A stretch of DNA of 62,828 nt from positions 1 to 62,828 of IMG/VR virus record IMGVR_UViG_3300003873_000011, one strand, 5' to 3'. Each line of letters starts with the position of its first letter. Positions within the stretch are counted from its first letter, which is position 1. Positions 38,123-48,095 of this stretch are shown here, piece after piece. Source of the stretch: a virus (taxonomy: Duplodnaviria; Caudoviricetes). Made by a program: the position numbers and the translations under genes. The notes under the pieces are model-generated. The model saw nothing but the letters and a program-made list of their open reading frames with translations, made no database searches and was not told the DNA's origin.

Positions 38123-38458
38123 AATTACCCTTTAATTTTAATTTTTATAGTAGATCAAAAACTACTATAATTTTACGGTTCTGTGTCATTGTATGGACTC
38201 TGATTGTTTTAGTTTTACTTCCTCACCACTACGCTAGTTTCTATGTTTCCGAGTTCTAATCTAAATAATCGGAATAGGTGCTTAGTTATTATTTTAAGTC
38301 ATTGTTCTCTTTCTCTTGACTTCTAAATCCTAAATTAGTAGGTTTACTCTGGTTATAGGTAACTGCAACATAGTTTATACATCTTATTGTCAAGTGTTGT
38401 AGGTTATTTCCTTTAAGAACCAATATAGTTCATATTCTTTACTTTCTTCATTCATAAG

Positions 38459-39043
38459 CTAATCCTTATCAGTAGAACCGAATCCACCATCTCTAGTTTC
38501 TTCTGTAGTTATGTTAAATAGATTTGATTTATGCTCTAATAGAGTTATTTGACCAATTCTATCACCTTTTTTTACAAGGTGGGTATAGTTCTCAACTGTG
38601 AAGTAGTCTCCTACACTAGTATACCCTTCCAAAGGAATGAATACACTTTTCATTGAAACGTTACTAATAAGCATCTGTAATTGGCCTTTAAAATCTAAAT
38701 CCACAACACCTACTCCATTTGGTAGCACTAAACCTTTAACCCCTAAAGAGCTTCTAAGCATTAGTTGTAGGTAGTGTGTTGACATGAAGTTATTATACTT
38801 TTCTTTATTTAATCTTGTGTCTAACGCACAACCATACTTACTTTTACCTGTATGTAGCTCTGTTGTTGTGAATAATTCCTTAATGTAGTCTGTGTCAATC
38901 TTAATACCTAAAGTAATTAGTTTAGTTTCTCCACCCCTAATAACTACATCTTCATTAGCATAAACATCTACACAAGCACTATATTTAGTTCCTCTAGTAG
39001 GTAATTTACCTCCGTTAACTGATTTAAACATAATTTTCCTCAT
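38459..39043 (-). CDS. dut: Trimeric dUTPase
   Basis: ACVDVYA, RSSLG, GVVDLDFKG, GDRIGQ, RDGGFGST. Confidence 0.93.
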   Translation of the reverse strand: MRKIMFKSVNGGKLPTRGTKYSACVDVYANEDVVIRGGETKLITLGIKIDTDYIKELFTTTELHTGKSKYGCALDTRLNKEKYNNFMSTHYLQLMLRSSLGVKGLVLPNGVGVVDLDFKGQLQMLISNVSMKSVFIPLEGYTSVGDYFTVENYTHLVKKGDRIGQITLLEHKSNLFNITTEETRDGGFGSTDKD

Positions 39044-39260
39044 TTAATCTTAAGTAAGGTTCTAAATACTTATCTAACTCAAGTAAGGTTTTACTTGCCA
39101 GCATCCATAGTTCTTTAGCTTTAGGATCTAGTAAGTGTTCTCCATAGTGTATATTAGCTACAGCATACCCTAAACCTTCATTGTATATAGTTCTTGCTTC
39201 TCTTATATTATCTATAATTTGTTCATTTGTTAAGTTACTTCTCATTGTAACCCCAAACAT
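39024..39260 (-). CDS. Hypothetical protein
   Basis: ORF overlapping both neighbours; start uncertain. Confidence 0.5.
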   Translation of the reverse strand: MFGVTMRSNLTNEQIIDNIREARTIYNEGLGYAVANIHYGEHLLDPKAKELWMLASKTLLELDKYLEPYLRLNEENYV

Positions 39261-39426
39261 CTATTTTAGACCCAGTAGTTTTTAAGTACTCTTGTAGTTC
39301 TTCTATTGTTAAAGTCTCTAAGAATTCTACCTTCTTTTCTTCAAAAGCATTCATTAACTCACTTAAGTCTACTCGTTCTACTTCGTCTTCAGCAATAGCT
39401 TCTCTTAGTTTGTCTAAATTAATCAT
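39235..39426 (-). CDS. Hypothetical protein
   Basis: AAGGA RBS and ATG. Confidence 0.55.
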   Translation of the reverse strand: MINLDKLREAIAEDEVERVDLSELMNAFEEKKVEFLETLTIEELQEYLKTTGSKIDVWGYNEK

Positions 39427-39701
39427 TTATATCCTTTATATACTCATATCTCTCTTCCTCATTATCCTCTATATCTTCTCCCATCTCATTAAAGTTTATT
39501 TGTCCTAATTCATCTCTATAGTATTCTTTATCCATCTAAGTCTCCTTCTGTATAGTTATTTCTTCTTTTGTTCTATTATTAAAAATACTTACACAAACAC
39601 CTGGGTTACCTAAAGCTGACTCCTCTGCCATTTTTATAGCTAGTTCTTTTGTTAAAAGATAGCAATTATCCTCAAAACTTTCTATATACACAGACCATTC
39701 T

Positions 39702-40439
39702 TTAACCATTTAAGCTCTCTAAATAAGTTTTATGTTGAGCTTTAGTCATAGTTACTGTTACTTTATCCTCATTATATAAACTATCTGTAAATAGATATTT
39801 ATAGTCCTCTGGTATTTCTCTGTACATAACTTCAGCTAAGTCTCTTATATCCCAATGAGCATCAGGCTTTAACCTAAGTTTTAGAAAATGCTGTATTGCT
39901 GTTAAAGACATAGTAGCTCTTAGGTTGTATTGGTAAGATTGGGGTAATAGCATAGCTAAGTCATCACACTTCTTACCTTTAGCCCTTAAGTCTAAAATAT
40001 CCTGCATGTGTCTAACTAAGACTTCATTAATCTCTTCATCTTTAGTTAGTGTGTATGACATCTTATTTTTCTTACAAGTAAACCTAGTAGACTCCACAGA
40101 GAACTCTGTCCCTATATCATGTCTGGTCAAGGCTAGTAAAGTTTTCGTTGTTATGTTCTCAATACTCATAGTGAAGTTGATATGGTTCTTAACACTCTCG
40201 TGTTTCATTTTATTACCAATTCTATCTATTAGAGACTTATCTTTAGGTCCTATAATTTTGTCACTAGGACTCCAACTTTGGCTAGAATAGTCAGAGTTTT
40301 TACTGTTACAATTTGTACGTTTAACTCTATCAGCAAATTTTGTGTCGCTTAGTTTACCACTGTCGTAGCATTGTCTTATAGCATCTGAGCATACCCATAA
40401 AGGGGTTATATGTTCTATACTTACTCCAATTTCACTCAT
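39702..40439 (-). CDS. thyX: Flavin-dependent thymidylate synthase
   Basis: HESVKNH, LTRHDIG..FSVESTRF (RHxx..SxxSxR), FLKLR...AHWDIRDLA. Confidence 0.9.
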   Translation of the reverse strand: MSEIGVSIEHITPLWVCSDAIRQCYDSGKLSDTKFADRVKRTNCNSKNSDYSSQSWSPSDKIIGPKDKSLIDRIGNKMKHESVKNHINFTMSIENITTKTLLALTRHDIGTEFSVESTRFTCKKNKMSYTLTKDEEINEVLVRHMQDILDLRAKGKKCDDLAMLLPQSYQYNLRATMSLTAIQHFLKLRLKPDAHWDIRDLAEVMYREIPEDYKYLFTDSLYNEDKVTVTMTKAQHKTYLESLNG

Positions 40440-40505
40440 AATTCTCCTTTTTAATGTTTTTGTACTTTAAATACCATATACTATCATCATACAGGTTTAT
40501 TCTAC

Positions 40506-40817
40506 TCATGAGAGCCTACTTTCATCAAATGGAGGGTAGACTATGGTAGCGTTAACTAAGTCAACTTTGCCATTTTTAAAGTAGGCTCTTTTATTATCAC
40601 CTCTTTCTTCTCCGATTAAAGTTAACTCAAAAATTGCTTTTGGGTACTTTAAACTTAGTTCTTTCATGTCTGAGTCATAGTTGTACCATCTAATTGGTTC
40701 GTCTCCTAACCGTTCTACGTCCATCTTTGTTATACCCTCAAACTGTTTAGATAGTTCTTCTTGCTCTATTTTTTCATTTGTTCTTATTTTTAAATAGTAT
40801 TGTGTATATGACCCCAT
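40506..40817 (-). CDS. Conserved hypothetical phage protein
   Basis: WYNYDSDMKELSLKYP...GEERGD pattern; AAGGA RBS. Confidence 0.6.
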   Translation of the reverse strand: MGSYTQYYLKIRTNEKIEQEELSKQFEGITKMDVERLGDEPIRWYNYDSDMKELSLKYPKAIFELTLIGEERGDNKRAYFKNGKVDLVNATIVYPPFDESRLS

Positions 40818-40826
40818 ATATTTCCT

Positions 40827-41036
40827 TTAATGTTTTGGTGTCTTACTTGCAAGACTTATCTTATACGTATTATCTAGCATTAATATTAAGTCACTACAAG
40901 TACCGTATTCATTTATATCTAGTTCTACACATTGCCAAGTATCAGAACCATCAGCTACACCTAGACATAATTCTTTATCTAAATCTTCTTCAGTCATATC
41001 AGCTAAATGCTCTAATAAATCTCTAAGTGTTTTCAT
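40827..41036 (-). CDS. Hypothetical protein
   Basis: 69-aa ORF overlapping upstream stop. Confidence 0.5.
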   Translation of the reverse strand: MKTLRDLLEHLADMTEEDLDKELCLGVADGSDTWQCVELDINEYGTCSDLILMLDNTYKISLASKTPKH

Positions 41037-41596
41037 TTAATCCACTCAATTATTTTAGATAACCATGTGTGTTTATCTGGGAATAACTTATAGTAAATTG
41101 TATTTACATCTCCATCTACAAGGTCGTATGGTACTCCTGACTTGTTCAACATAGTACCTATAGATCTATCTATATCAATCGCATCTTGTAAGGTCTGAGT
41201 TCTACCGTATCTTTGGTATAGGTGTTTCTTATTTCTTCTTAGTAAGAAATTTATAGTATCGTATCTATCTTGTAAAGCCAGTACAAAGTCTTTAAATTCT
41301 TTAAGTGGTAAATGTCCAGTATCTTTAGCATAATGTAAAGATAGTAATAGTGGACTATCATGAATAACATAGTCTACTTTACCCTCTAACATAAACCAAT
41401 TCTTATGTTGATTTGCTAATACAAATAGTTGGTTCTCTAATGTATTAAAATCTTCTCTATAAGTTAATTCTTTAGCATATTCTTGTACAAGTTCTACTTT
41501 AAACCCATCTTTCTTCATCTTATTAAATAAACCTGCAGCTGTCGTACTCTTTGAAATTCCTGGCCCACCATATAGGCATATATGTTTTGTTGTCAT
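41033..41596 (-). CDS. NadR/AAA_28-like nucleotide kinase
   Basis: YGGPGISKST, ELVQEYAKEL, VIHDSPLLL, YGRTQT. Confidence 0.8.
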   Translation of the reverse strand: MTTKHICLYGGPGISKSTTAAGLFNKMKKDGFKVELVQEYAKELTYREDFNTLENQLFVLANQHKNWFMLEGKVDYVIHDSPLLLSLHYAKDTGHLPLKEFKDFVLALQDRYDTINFLLRRNKKHLYQRYGRTQTLQDAIDIDRSIGTMLNKSGVPYDLVDGDVNTIYYKLFPDKHTWLSKIIEWIK

Positions 41597-41839
41597 TATT
41601 TAAATCCTTTTTTCTTTATTTAATATCAAAATGTTAATATTCTATTATAGTATCTAGTTTTACTACTTCTAAACTCTTATCTAGTCTTAGCAATAATTTA
41701 AACAGAGTCCTATAAGAATGGTCTTCTATCTTCTTATTTAAAGCTATAGACCCTTCTACCTCTTCCTTAGAAAGACTAGTATAGATACAGTAATCTTTTT
41801 ATCTGTCATCATAGTCGACTATGGCGATATAATTTTTTT

Positions 41840-42271
41840 TTAATTCTGCCCACCCTTTATTAATTTAGCGTAGTGCACTAGTTTATTAGTATCCCTATCT
41901 ACAGAGGTTCCAGAATGCCTTGTGAGACCTTCTCTTCCTTTAGCTATACCTACTATAGCTTTTAGACAGTTCCCCTCAAAAAAGGTCAAATTCCAGTGTT
42001 TACATAGGCCATCTACATCTGTACAGTTATTGATATTATAAAAATTGGTTTTACCTCCTGTAGACTCTTTGCTAGGTACAAAATTTCCTAGTTCTTCAGA
42101 CTCTTTTTTTGTAACGTTCACTAAGCTTGGTTCTTTCTTAGTAGTATTTCTTGTACCAGGAACTTCTTTATCTAGTTTAAACCACTTAAGTTGTAGTTTA
42201 AAATTACTGTAAGTATAATAAGCTCCAGTGATAGCTATAATTGGCATTATGTAGTAAAACATCTCTTGCAT
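41840..42271 (-). CDS. DUF3310-like protein with N-terminal TM segment
   Basis: GGKTNFY...LTFFEGNCLKA...RDTNKLVHYA. Confidence 0.5.
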   Translation of the reverse strand: MQEMFYYIMPIIAITGAYYTYSNFKLQLKWFKLDKEVPGTRNTTKKEPSLVNVTKKESEELGNFVPSKESTGGKTNFYNINNCTDVDGLCKHWNLTFFEGNCLKAIVGIAKGREGLTRHSGTSVDRDTNKLVHYAKLIKGGQN

Positions 42272-42311
42272 ATGTCTCCTTTAATTTAATATACATAGGT
42301 CTCCCTATGTA

Positions 42312-42620
42312 CTATTCAAGACCTTTGTCTTGTCTAATCTCTTTCCACTGGTCGTCCATATCTAACAATAAAGCTACACCCTCAAGGTCAAATACTTCGC
42401 CAGATTCATCTAGTGCCTTAAGTGATTTAATTGCTAGAGATTGCCCAATATCTCTAGGGTTAATTCTCGTAGTTGTATCTTCCGATACCTCTTCCAATAA
42501 AGATACCATTGCTCTTTTTAAGTTAGTATTTTCTTCTACAGTGTCTTTATAAATTTCTTTATACTTTTGTAGCTCAGTTTGTAGGTCTTTTATCTGTGTC
42601 TTTAGTTCTTTTTTCTTCAT
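42312..42620 (-). CDS. Hypothetical coiled-coil protein
   Basis: AAGGA RBS; heptad pattern. Confidence 0.55.
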   Translation of the reverse strand: MKKKELKTQIKDLQTELQKYKEIYKDTVEENTNLKRAMVSLLEEVSEDTTTRINPRDIGQSLAIKSLKALDESGEVFDLEGVALLLDMDDQWKEIRQDKGLE

Positions 42621-42755
42621 TTGTTTCCTTTATGCTATTATAATCTTATAGTGCTAATGTCCTCATCGTCAAAACCACCACCTTCAGGTATACGTCTAAT
42701 GCCCACTGGAGGACCGTCATTGTGTATACTCACTATGTAGTCTAACATCTCTGCT

Positions 42756-43073
42756 TTAATCTGTGTTGACTTTATCTTTTAAAGCTTTTTTGATTCTTGG
42801 TACACTTACACCAGTAATTTTAGCTACCTCTGTAAGGTTATAGATTCTTTTACCAAGTTCATTTGTTTCTGAGTACTTAGCCACAGCTTCAGCTAAACCT
42901 TCATTCCTAATCTTCTCTTTCTTTAGCCTAGCTTGCTCTTTAGCCTCTGCTTTTCTAGTTTTGATAAGATCTTTAGCTTCACTAATTAAATACTTAAGCT
43001 CTTCGTCTGAGTGAACATCTAGTGATTCTAGTGTTGATGCTACTGTTTCAGCTCTTTCTGTTGTTTCTTCCAT
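42756..43073 (-). CDS. HTH DNA-binding protein
   Basis: C-terminal YNLTEVAKITGVSVPRIKKAL. Confidence 0.65.
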   Translation of the reverse strand: MEETTERAETVASTLESLDVHSDEELKYLISEAKDLIKTRKAEAKEQARLKKEKIRNEGLAEAVAKYSETNELGKRIYNLTEVAKITGVSVPRIKKALKDKVNTD

Positions 43074-43471
43074 TTATACCTCTTTCAAGTCTTTTAATCA
43101 CATACTTAGGTGGTAGTTTTACTTCTCGTATTTTGTTTTACTTGTTCTTGGTATCTTTAAGTTATACTTAGGTATAGGGTAGAAACTACCTTTTCTAAGC
43201 TTACTTTGTTCAATATGAACTACACTCTCTGTTTTGTGTTGTTGTGGTTTTTGTTTAGGTCTAATTAAAAAACTAATTAAACCTAACCACAATTCTGTAG
43301 GTTTTATCAGGTACTCCTTTAATTAATCACATATGTCTATTAAGACCTCAATCTCCCTCTCTCCATAACCTAGGTCATAAAGAGCTTCTCTAACATCTAT
43401 ATTGTCATCTGCCATTAGATTTAAAAATTGTTTTAACATTTCTATTTGTCTATCTGTCATAAATCATCCTA

Positions 43472-45622
43472 TCAATTTGCACAACTAGTACATGAAGTTT
43501 CTGACATATAATATATTGTTTTGATCTTTTTTTCTAGTAAATAATCTAGTAATGTATCACTAAACTCAATCATATCAAATATCTCAGGATTTACCCCTAT
43601 TTCATTACTTACCCCTGTATCTACCCATTGTTGAATAGCCACAGTCAAATCTAGGAAGAACTTACCACTAAATGAACCCTTAGTTCTATATAGCATACCT
43701 TTCTCATCTGAGTAAGGCGGTATAATAATAGGTGTAATACTTTTCATGTCTTTAAAGTGACAAGTAGATGTTACTGGCATATAGTTAGGACTTGCTCCCA
43801 TAACTACACCAGTACCTGCATTAGGGGCTGGAGATAATAATAGGAAATGTGCTATACCTTTAGTACGTATGTCTTTGTTTAAACTTACCCAATCAAACCC
43901 ATTAAGGCTTACCTTATTCAATTCTTCTGGTGTTTTATTAAACATTTTAGTGTAGTCTGCTTTGTAGTATAAAGGATAAGACCCTTCTACTTCGGCAATT
44001 TCAATACTTCTTCGGTACGCATAAAATGCTATCATTTCCATTACTCTCGACAGTTCTTTAAGTCCTGCATCATTATAAGTCATATTCTTGTATGCTAACC
44101 AATCAGCACCACCAATAATCCCAATTCCTATATTTTGTAAATCTCTAGCACTATTCTCTGCTGTCTTAATAGGATATTTAGATAGTTTTAATGTCTTATG
44201 TAACATATCTACTGCTGTACGTACTGAATGTTTTAATAAAGATTCATCAACCACTATTTTAGCTAGGTTTACAGACAGTAAATTACAAGTATGTGAGTAT
44301 TCTTTTGTGTTTATAGACCATGATTCTAAGCATAAGTTACCTGTTTGGGCTTTATAATGTGCTTTAAGATAGTTGTTTGAGTTTATATTATCTTTGTCTG
44401 TTATATTCACTTTCCCTATTTTAAAGTAAACCTCCCAGATATCAGCCCATAGTTTATAAGCATTGATTTTCTTGTGTTTTATTTTATCTAGGTTCTGTAA
44501 GACTACCTCATAAGATGTTTTAAATTCTTCATCAACAAGCTCTGTTAGATCTATACCTAAATGTTTTATACAATCATAGTTGTTTACTAAATAAACATCT
44601 TGTTTCTCTTTAACTTTCTGGATAAAGTAGTTATTTATTAGAAATTGAGGGATAATGTCAAAAGATTTTAGTCTTAGGTCTCCTCCATCTTCTGTACTAA
44701 CTTCTAAAAACTCTAAGAAATCGTAATGGAACCAATCATTTGATACTGTAATAGCTGCACTTCTTGTTCCTAGTTGATCTACAGTTCCTGCTACTTGGTC
44801 AAAGAACCCTACCCATTTATTTATATGTGTAGCAGCATTGCCTGTCTTTTGTATATCAGATCCACTAGGTCTGATTTTACCTACGTATACAGCTAAACCT
44901 CCACCAGACTTGCTAATTTGAGCTGCATCATCTACTGAACGCATAATATCTGTTAAACTGTCTTGTGTGATAATACTAAAACAACTAGCTGTATTTCCAC
45001 CAGTTCTAAGATTCTTTTTTGTAGGTGTTGCTGGAGATAATCTAAGTGAAGATGTCTCTTTGTATATTCTTTCAATATCTTCAATCGAACCATTTGAAGT
45101 AAGTATAGCATCAGCCATTATAGCCCACTGAGGGTACTCTATATGATTACCTTTACTATCTTTGATAAGATAAGAATTCATTAGTGATACAATAGATTGT
45201 GTAGGTTGTGTAAAGTCTGCCTCTAAGTCCATAAAATTTAGAAGTTTTTTAAGTTTTTCTTTAGATACTTTCTTAGTATATATTCCTTGTTTAACTAGTT
45301 GTCTATACCCTTTTACAAAGTCTACTTGGTTAAACCCTGTGTTTTTGTGAATATCTCCATGAAGTTGTGAAGCTTGTAATCTACCTACAATTACAGCCCA
45401 TTTATAGTTATGTGGTTGGTTTGGTTTTATAAATAGTTTGGCTTCATATATAATTAAATCTTGGATACTCCTTGTTGGGATACCGTCATAGAAAGCTATG
45501 TTTACTTTCTGTATTAATTGAGTACTATCCAGACCACTACCCTCAAAAGCAAAATTAATCATAGCTTCTATTTTTGAGAAATCTAGTTTTTCTTTACTTC
45601 CATTACTTTTCGTTACTTGCAT
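43472..45622 (-). CDS. nrdA: Class Ia ribonucleotide reductase, alpha subunit
   Basis: N-terminal ATP cone (VTKSNGSKEKLDFSKI), SPATP, ASCF, GNLCLE, TCNL, KTIYY, C-terminal CTSC. Confidence 0.95.
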   Translation of the reverse strand: MQVTKSNGSKEKLDFSKIEAMINFAFEGSGLDSTQLIQKVNIAFYDGIPTRSIQDLIIYEAKLFIKPNQPHNYKWAVIVGRLQASQLHGDIHKNTGFNQVDFVKGYRQLVKQGIYTKKVSKEKLKKLLNFMDLEADFTQPTQSIVSLMNSYLIKDSKGNHIEYPQWAIMADAILTSNGSIEDIERIYKETSSLRLSPATPTKKNLRTGGNTASCFSIITQDSLTDIMRSVDDAAQISKSGGGLAVYVGKIRPSGSDIQKTGNAATHINKWVGFFDQVAGTVDQLGTRSAAITVSNDWFHYDFLEFLEVSTEDGGDLRLKSFDIIPQFLINNYFIQKVKEKQDVYLVNNYDCIKHLGIDLTELVDEEFKTSYEVVLQNLDKIKHKKINAYKLWADIWEVYFKIGKVNITDKDNINSNNYLKAHYKAQTGNLCLESWSINTKEYSHTCNLLSVNLAKIVVDESLLKHSVRTAVDMLHKTLKLSKYPIKTAENSARDLQNIGIGIIGGADWLAYKNMTYNDAGLKELSRVMEMIAFYAYRRSIEIAEVEGSYPLYYKADYTKMFNKTPEELNKVSLNGFDWVSLNKDIRTKGIAHFLLLSPAPNAGTGVVMGASPNYMPVTSTCHFKDMKSITPIIIPPYSDEKGMLYRTKGSFSGKFFLDLTVAIQQWVDTGVSNEIGVNPEIFDMIEFSDTLLDYLLEKKIKTIYYMSETSCTSCAN

Positions 45623-46676
45623 TAGCGAACTCCTTAAAATTTGGTATTTTTACATATGGGTTGAAGTAGTTCGTATTATTTGTTTCAAATATAGCTGTTT
45701 CTGTAGAGTTTACATCAGGATTTTCTTCTGTACCTACATTACTTACCTTTTCCAAGTGTGTGTATGGGTTCGCTGCATTTGGGATTCTATGTTTTATCTT
45801 TAACAATCTAAATAAAGTATTAGCTCTTGATTTAGTATAGCTTTCAATATTTTTTTTAGAGAATCCTGGAATTCTAGGATCTATAATATGTGTACTGTAC
45901 TCTATTTCAAGTTTTACTTGTGATTCAATAAAGTCTATTATAAAATCTTCTTTCCACTCTTCTGGGTAATCTTCTTTAAATCTTAGCAAGATCTCCAAGA
46001 ATAATTGAACATGAACTAGTTCTTGTTTTTTAATCCAACTAATGACAACTGCTGTATTAGTCATTTTACCTTGATACTTTAAGTAGAAGAAGAAATTAAA
46101 TACATTATAAAACATTATACCTTCAAGTGTTAGGTTAGTAAGAAGTACTTGTAACATAGTACGTAGTGAGTAATCTCTTGAACTACTTTCATAACTGTCC
46201 GTAATACTTACAGCTCTATTCCTCATTACTGGATCTGTTTTTAATAAATCTCTTACTGTTCTCGCTTCATCTTTAGAGTATAAAGTGTTAAATATATAAG
46301 CGTAAGAATATGAGTGCAGGCTTTCTTCAGCTGCCTGTGTAGCTAGTATACCTACTACTTCTGGGTATCTAATTCTACTTGCTATTTCAGGTAAGTTATT
46401 TACCTGATAGCTGTCTAGCCCTGATAAGTGTGATAGTGCTTTATCTAAAGTCTCTCTCTCCATGGCTGATAGCTCATTAAAATCTACTGTGTCTTCTGAT
46501 ACTGGGTATTTATGTGGATGCCAATTATTAGCAAACATCTTTTCAGAATACCTTTGATAAAAATTTGGTAGATCTTGGTCAATCATATCAATTAAGTTGT
46601 CAGTGTTCCCACTAAACATCTTAATTTTATTATCTGCGTCTGGTGAGAATAGTTTTTTCTTACTGACTCTTATCAT
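45603..46676 (-). CDS. nrdB: Class I ribonucleotide reductase, beta subunit
   Basis: LDSYQ, EESLHSYSY, LEGIMFY, ELVH, FETNNTNY. Confidence 0.92.
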   Translation of the reverse strand: MIRVSKKKLFSPDADNKIKMFSGNTDNLIDMIDQDLPNFYQRYSEKMFANNWHPHKYPVSEDTVDFNELSAMERETLDKALSHLSGLDSYQVNNLPEIASRIRYPEVVGILATQAAEESLHSYSYAYIFNTLYSKDEARTVRDLLKTDPVMRNRAVSITDSYESSSRDYSLRTMLQVLLTNLTLEGIMFYNVFNFFFYLKYQGKMTNTAVVISWIKKQELVHVQLFLEILLRFKEDYPEEWKEDFIIDFIESQVKLEIEYSTHIIDPRIPGFSKKNIESYTKSRANTLFRLLKIKHRIPNAANPYTHLEKVSNVGTEENPDVNSTETAIFETNNTNYFNPYVKIPNFKEFANASNEK

Positions 46677-46677
46677 A

Positions 46678-46965
46678 CTAGCCTACGTTTACTGCATCTT
46701 TAAATGCTTTAGCTGCTTTAAATTTAGGTACAACTTTAGCTGGAGATATATAAGTTTTGTCTGTGCCAGGTATTGTACCAGTCTTCTCTGCTTGATTATG
46801 TGGATAAAATTTACCTAACCCACTAATGTCTACTGAATTACCTTTAGATACCTCTTCTGTAATTGTGTCAATAATTAAAGCTAGTACTCTTGAAGCACCT
46901 GCTTTAGTACCTTCTACAATATCGTTTGATTCTGAGATTCTCTCAATTAGTTCTTTTTTTGTCAT
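46678..46965 (-). CDS. HU-like DNA-binding protein
   Basis: MTKKELIERIS...VDISGLGKF...PAKVVPKFKAAKAFKDAV. Confidence 0.92.
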   Translation of the reverse strand: MTKKELIERISESNDIVEGTKAGASRVLALIIDTITEEVSKGNSVDISGLGKFYPHNQAEKTGTIPGTDKTYISPAKVVPKFKAAKAFKDAVNVG

Positions 46966-47150
46966 TTATTTTCCTTTATTAGTTCTTCATAAGCTTTTTC
47001 ACTCATAGTTATTGTTGCTGTTTCGTTTGTACCAATACTTATTACAAATTCACAATGTTTACCGTACCTCTCTAGTTTTGTAGGTGCTTTGTACTTGTTT
47101 AGGTTTAATAATAAATCTGCTAACTGCTTTTCTTTAGTGATTGTTCCCAC
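46962..47150 (-). CDS. Hypothetical protein
   Basis: GTG start after AGGGG; overlaps HU start. Confidence 0.45.
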   Translation of the reverse strand: MGTITKEKQLADLLLNLNKYKAPTKLERYGKHCEFVISIGTNETATITMSEKAYEELIKENK

Positions 47151-47221
47151 GTAAACCCCTATATTTTATGTAAGACTTTCACTTACTGTTTTCAGTCAAC
47201 TTTGTTTATAGGCACAACAAC

Positions 47222-48091
47222 TTAAGCCTTAGTTCTATCTTTTTTTAGTACATAACCAGTATCTTTAAATATTAATCTAAAATCTGCTGTAATCTCACCA
47301 GATCTTACAGTGTCTTGATTTAGAATGTATCTTGACTTACCGAACCATCTTAAACCATCTGTAGGTGAGTTATATGTTCTAATTTTAAACTTAGTTTTAA
47401 TACCACCTTTCAGTGTGTCTAACTCATTATCTTTGAAAGATGTACTATAAATCTCATCTATCAGCATATTTATGGGTTTTATCGAACTTGGACCAAACAC
47501 CATTGGATGTACACCGTCAAATACAGGTATAGGTTTATCTTTAGATGATAAGTGTATAGAGTTTGTTATTAGAATTATATTGTAATCTTGTTTTAAAGTT
47601 AATACCTCTCTTACAATATTCTTAATTTGCTTTTGTATATCTAGGTACAATGGTAGTGTTTTTGAGCCTGGTGCAGCCTTTAAATCTGTGTCAGACATAA
47701 CATCAGCAACTTTAATACCATCAGTTTTGTATTTAGGTGAGCTAGCTATTTTTACACTTACCTTTTCCCCTAACTCAATTAAGTTATCTAGTACTATATT
47801 ATCAAACTTAGCTTTAACTTCTTTATTGGTAGCTAGTTCTGTAAGTACCCTTTGTAACCCTGCTAGACTTGTTATAGTAGCTTCATGGTGTTCACCACCT
47901 ACTTCTAGCTCCTCATTAGCTCTCTCTGCTGAAGAAGCCCCAGAGTCTAAACTAAGGTGTAAAGTTACTCCTGGCAATGTACCTAGTGATCTTGTCTTCC
48001 TAGTACCACTCTCACCATAAAGTAAGAATGATTTACCTTGAAAGGTAGCCTTATTTTCTAAGTTAGTTAAACTATCTAAAAAACTCCCCAT
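47222..48091 (-). CDS. Sak4/AAA_24-like ATPase (N4 gp44 position)
   Basis: LLYGESGTRKT, IVLDNL; adjacent to SSB. Confidence 0.75.
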   Translation of the reverse strand: MGSFLDSLTNLENKATFQGKSFLLYGESGTRKTRSLGTLPGVTLHLSLDSGASSAERANEELEVGGEHHEATITSLAGLQRVLTELATNKEVKAKFDNIVLDNLIELGEKVSVKIASSPKYKTDGIKVADVMSDTDLKAAPGSKTLPLYLDIQKQIKNIVREVLTLKQDYNIILITNSIHLSSKDKPIPVFDGVHPMVFGPSSIKPINMLIDEIYSTSFKDNELDTLKGGIKTKFKIRTYNSPTDGLRWFGKSRYILNQDTVRSGEITADFRLIFKDTGYVLKKDRTKA

Positions 48092-48095
48092 CTAA

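Noticed and set aside
38175-38230. RNase P RNA-like words (GAGGAAGT, GTCCAT, ACAGAACC on the minus strand)
   Set aside because: Spacing far too short and no P4 pairing; kept only as a generic structured-region finding.
47160-47222. Hammerhead-like words CTGA...GAAA upstream of the HU operon
   Set aside because: Core CUGANGA absent and three stems cannot be built.
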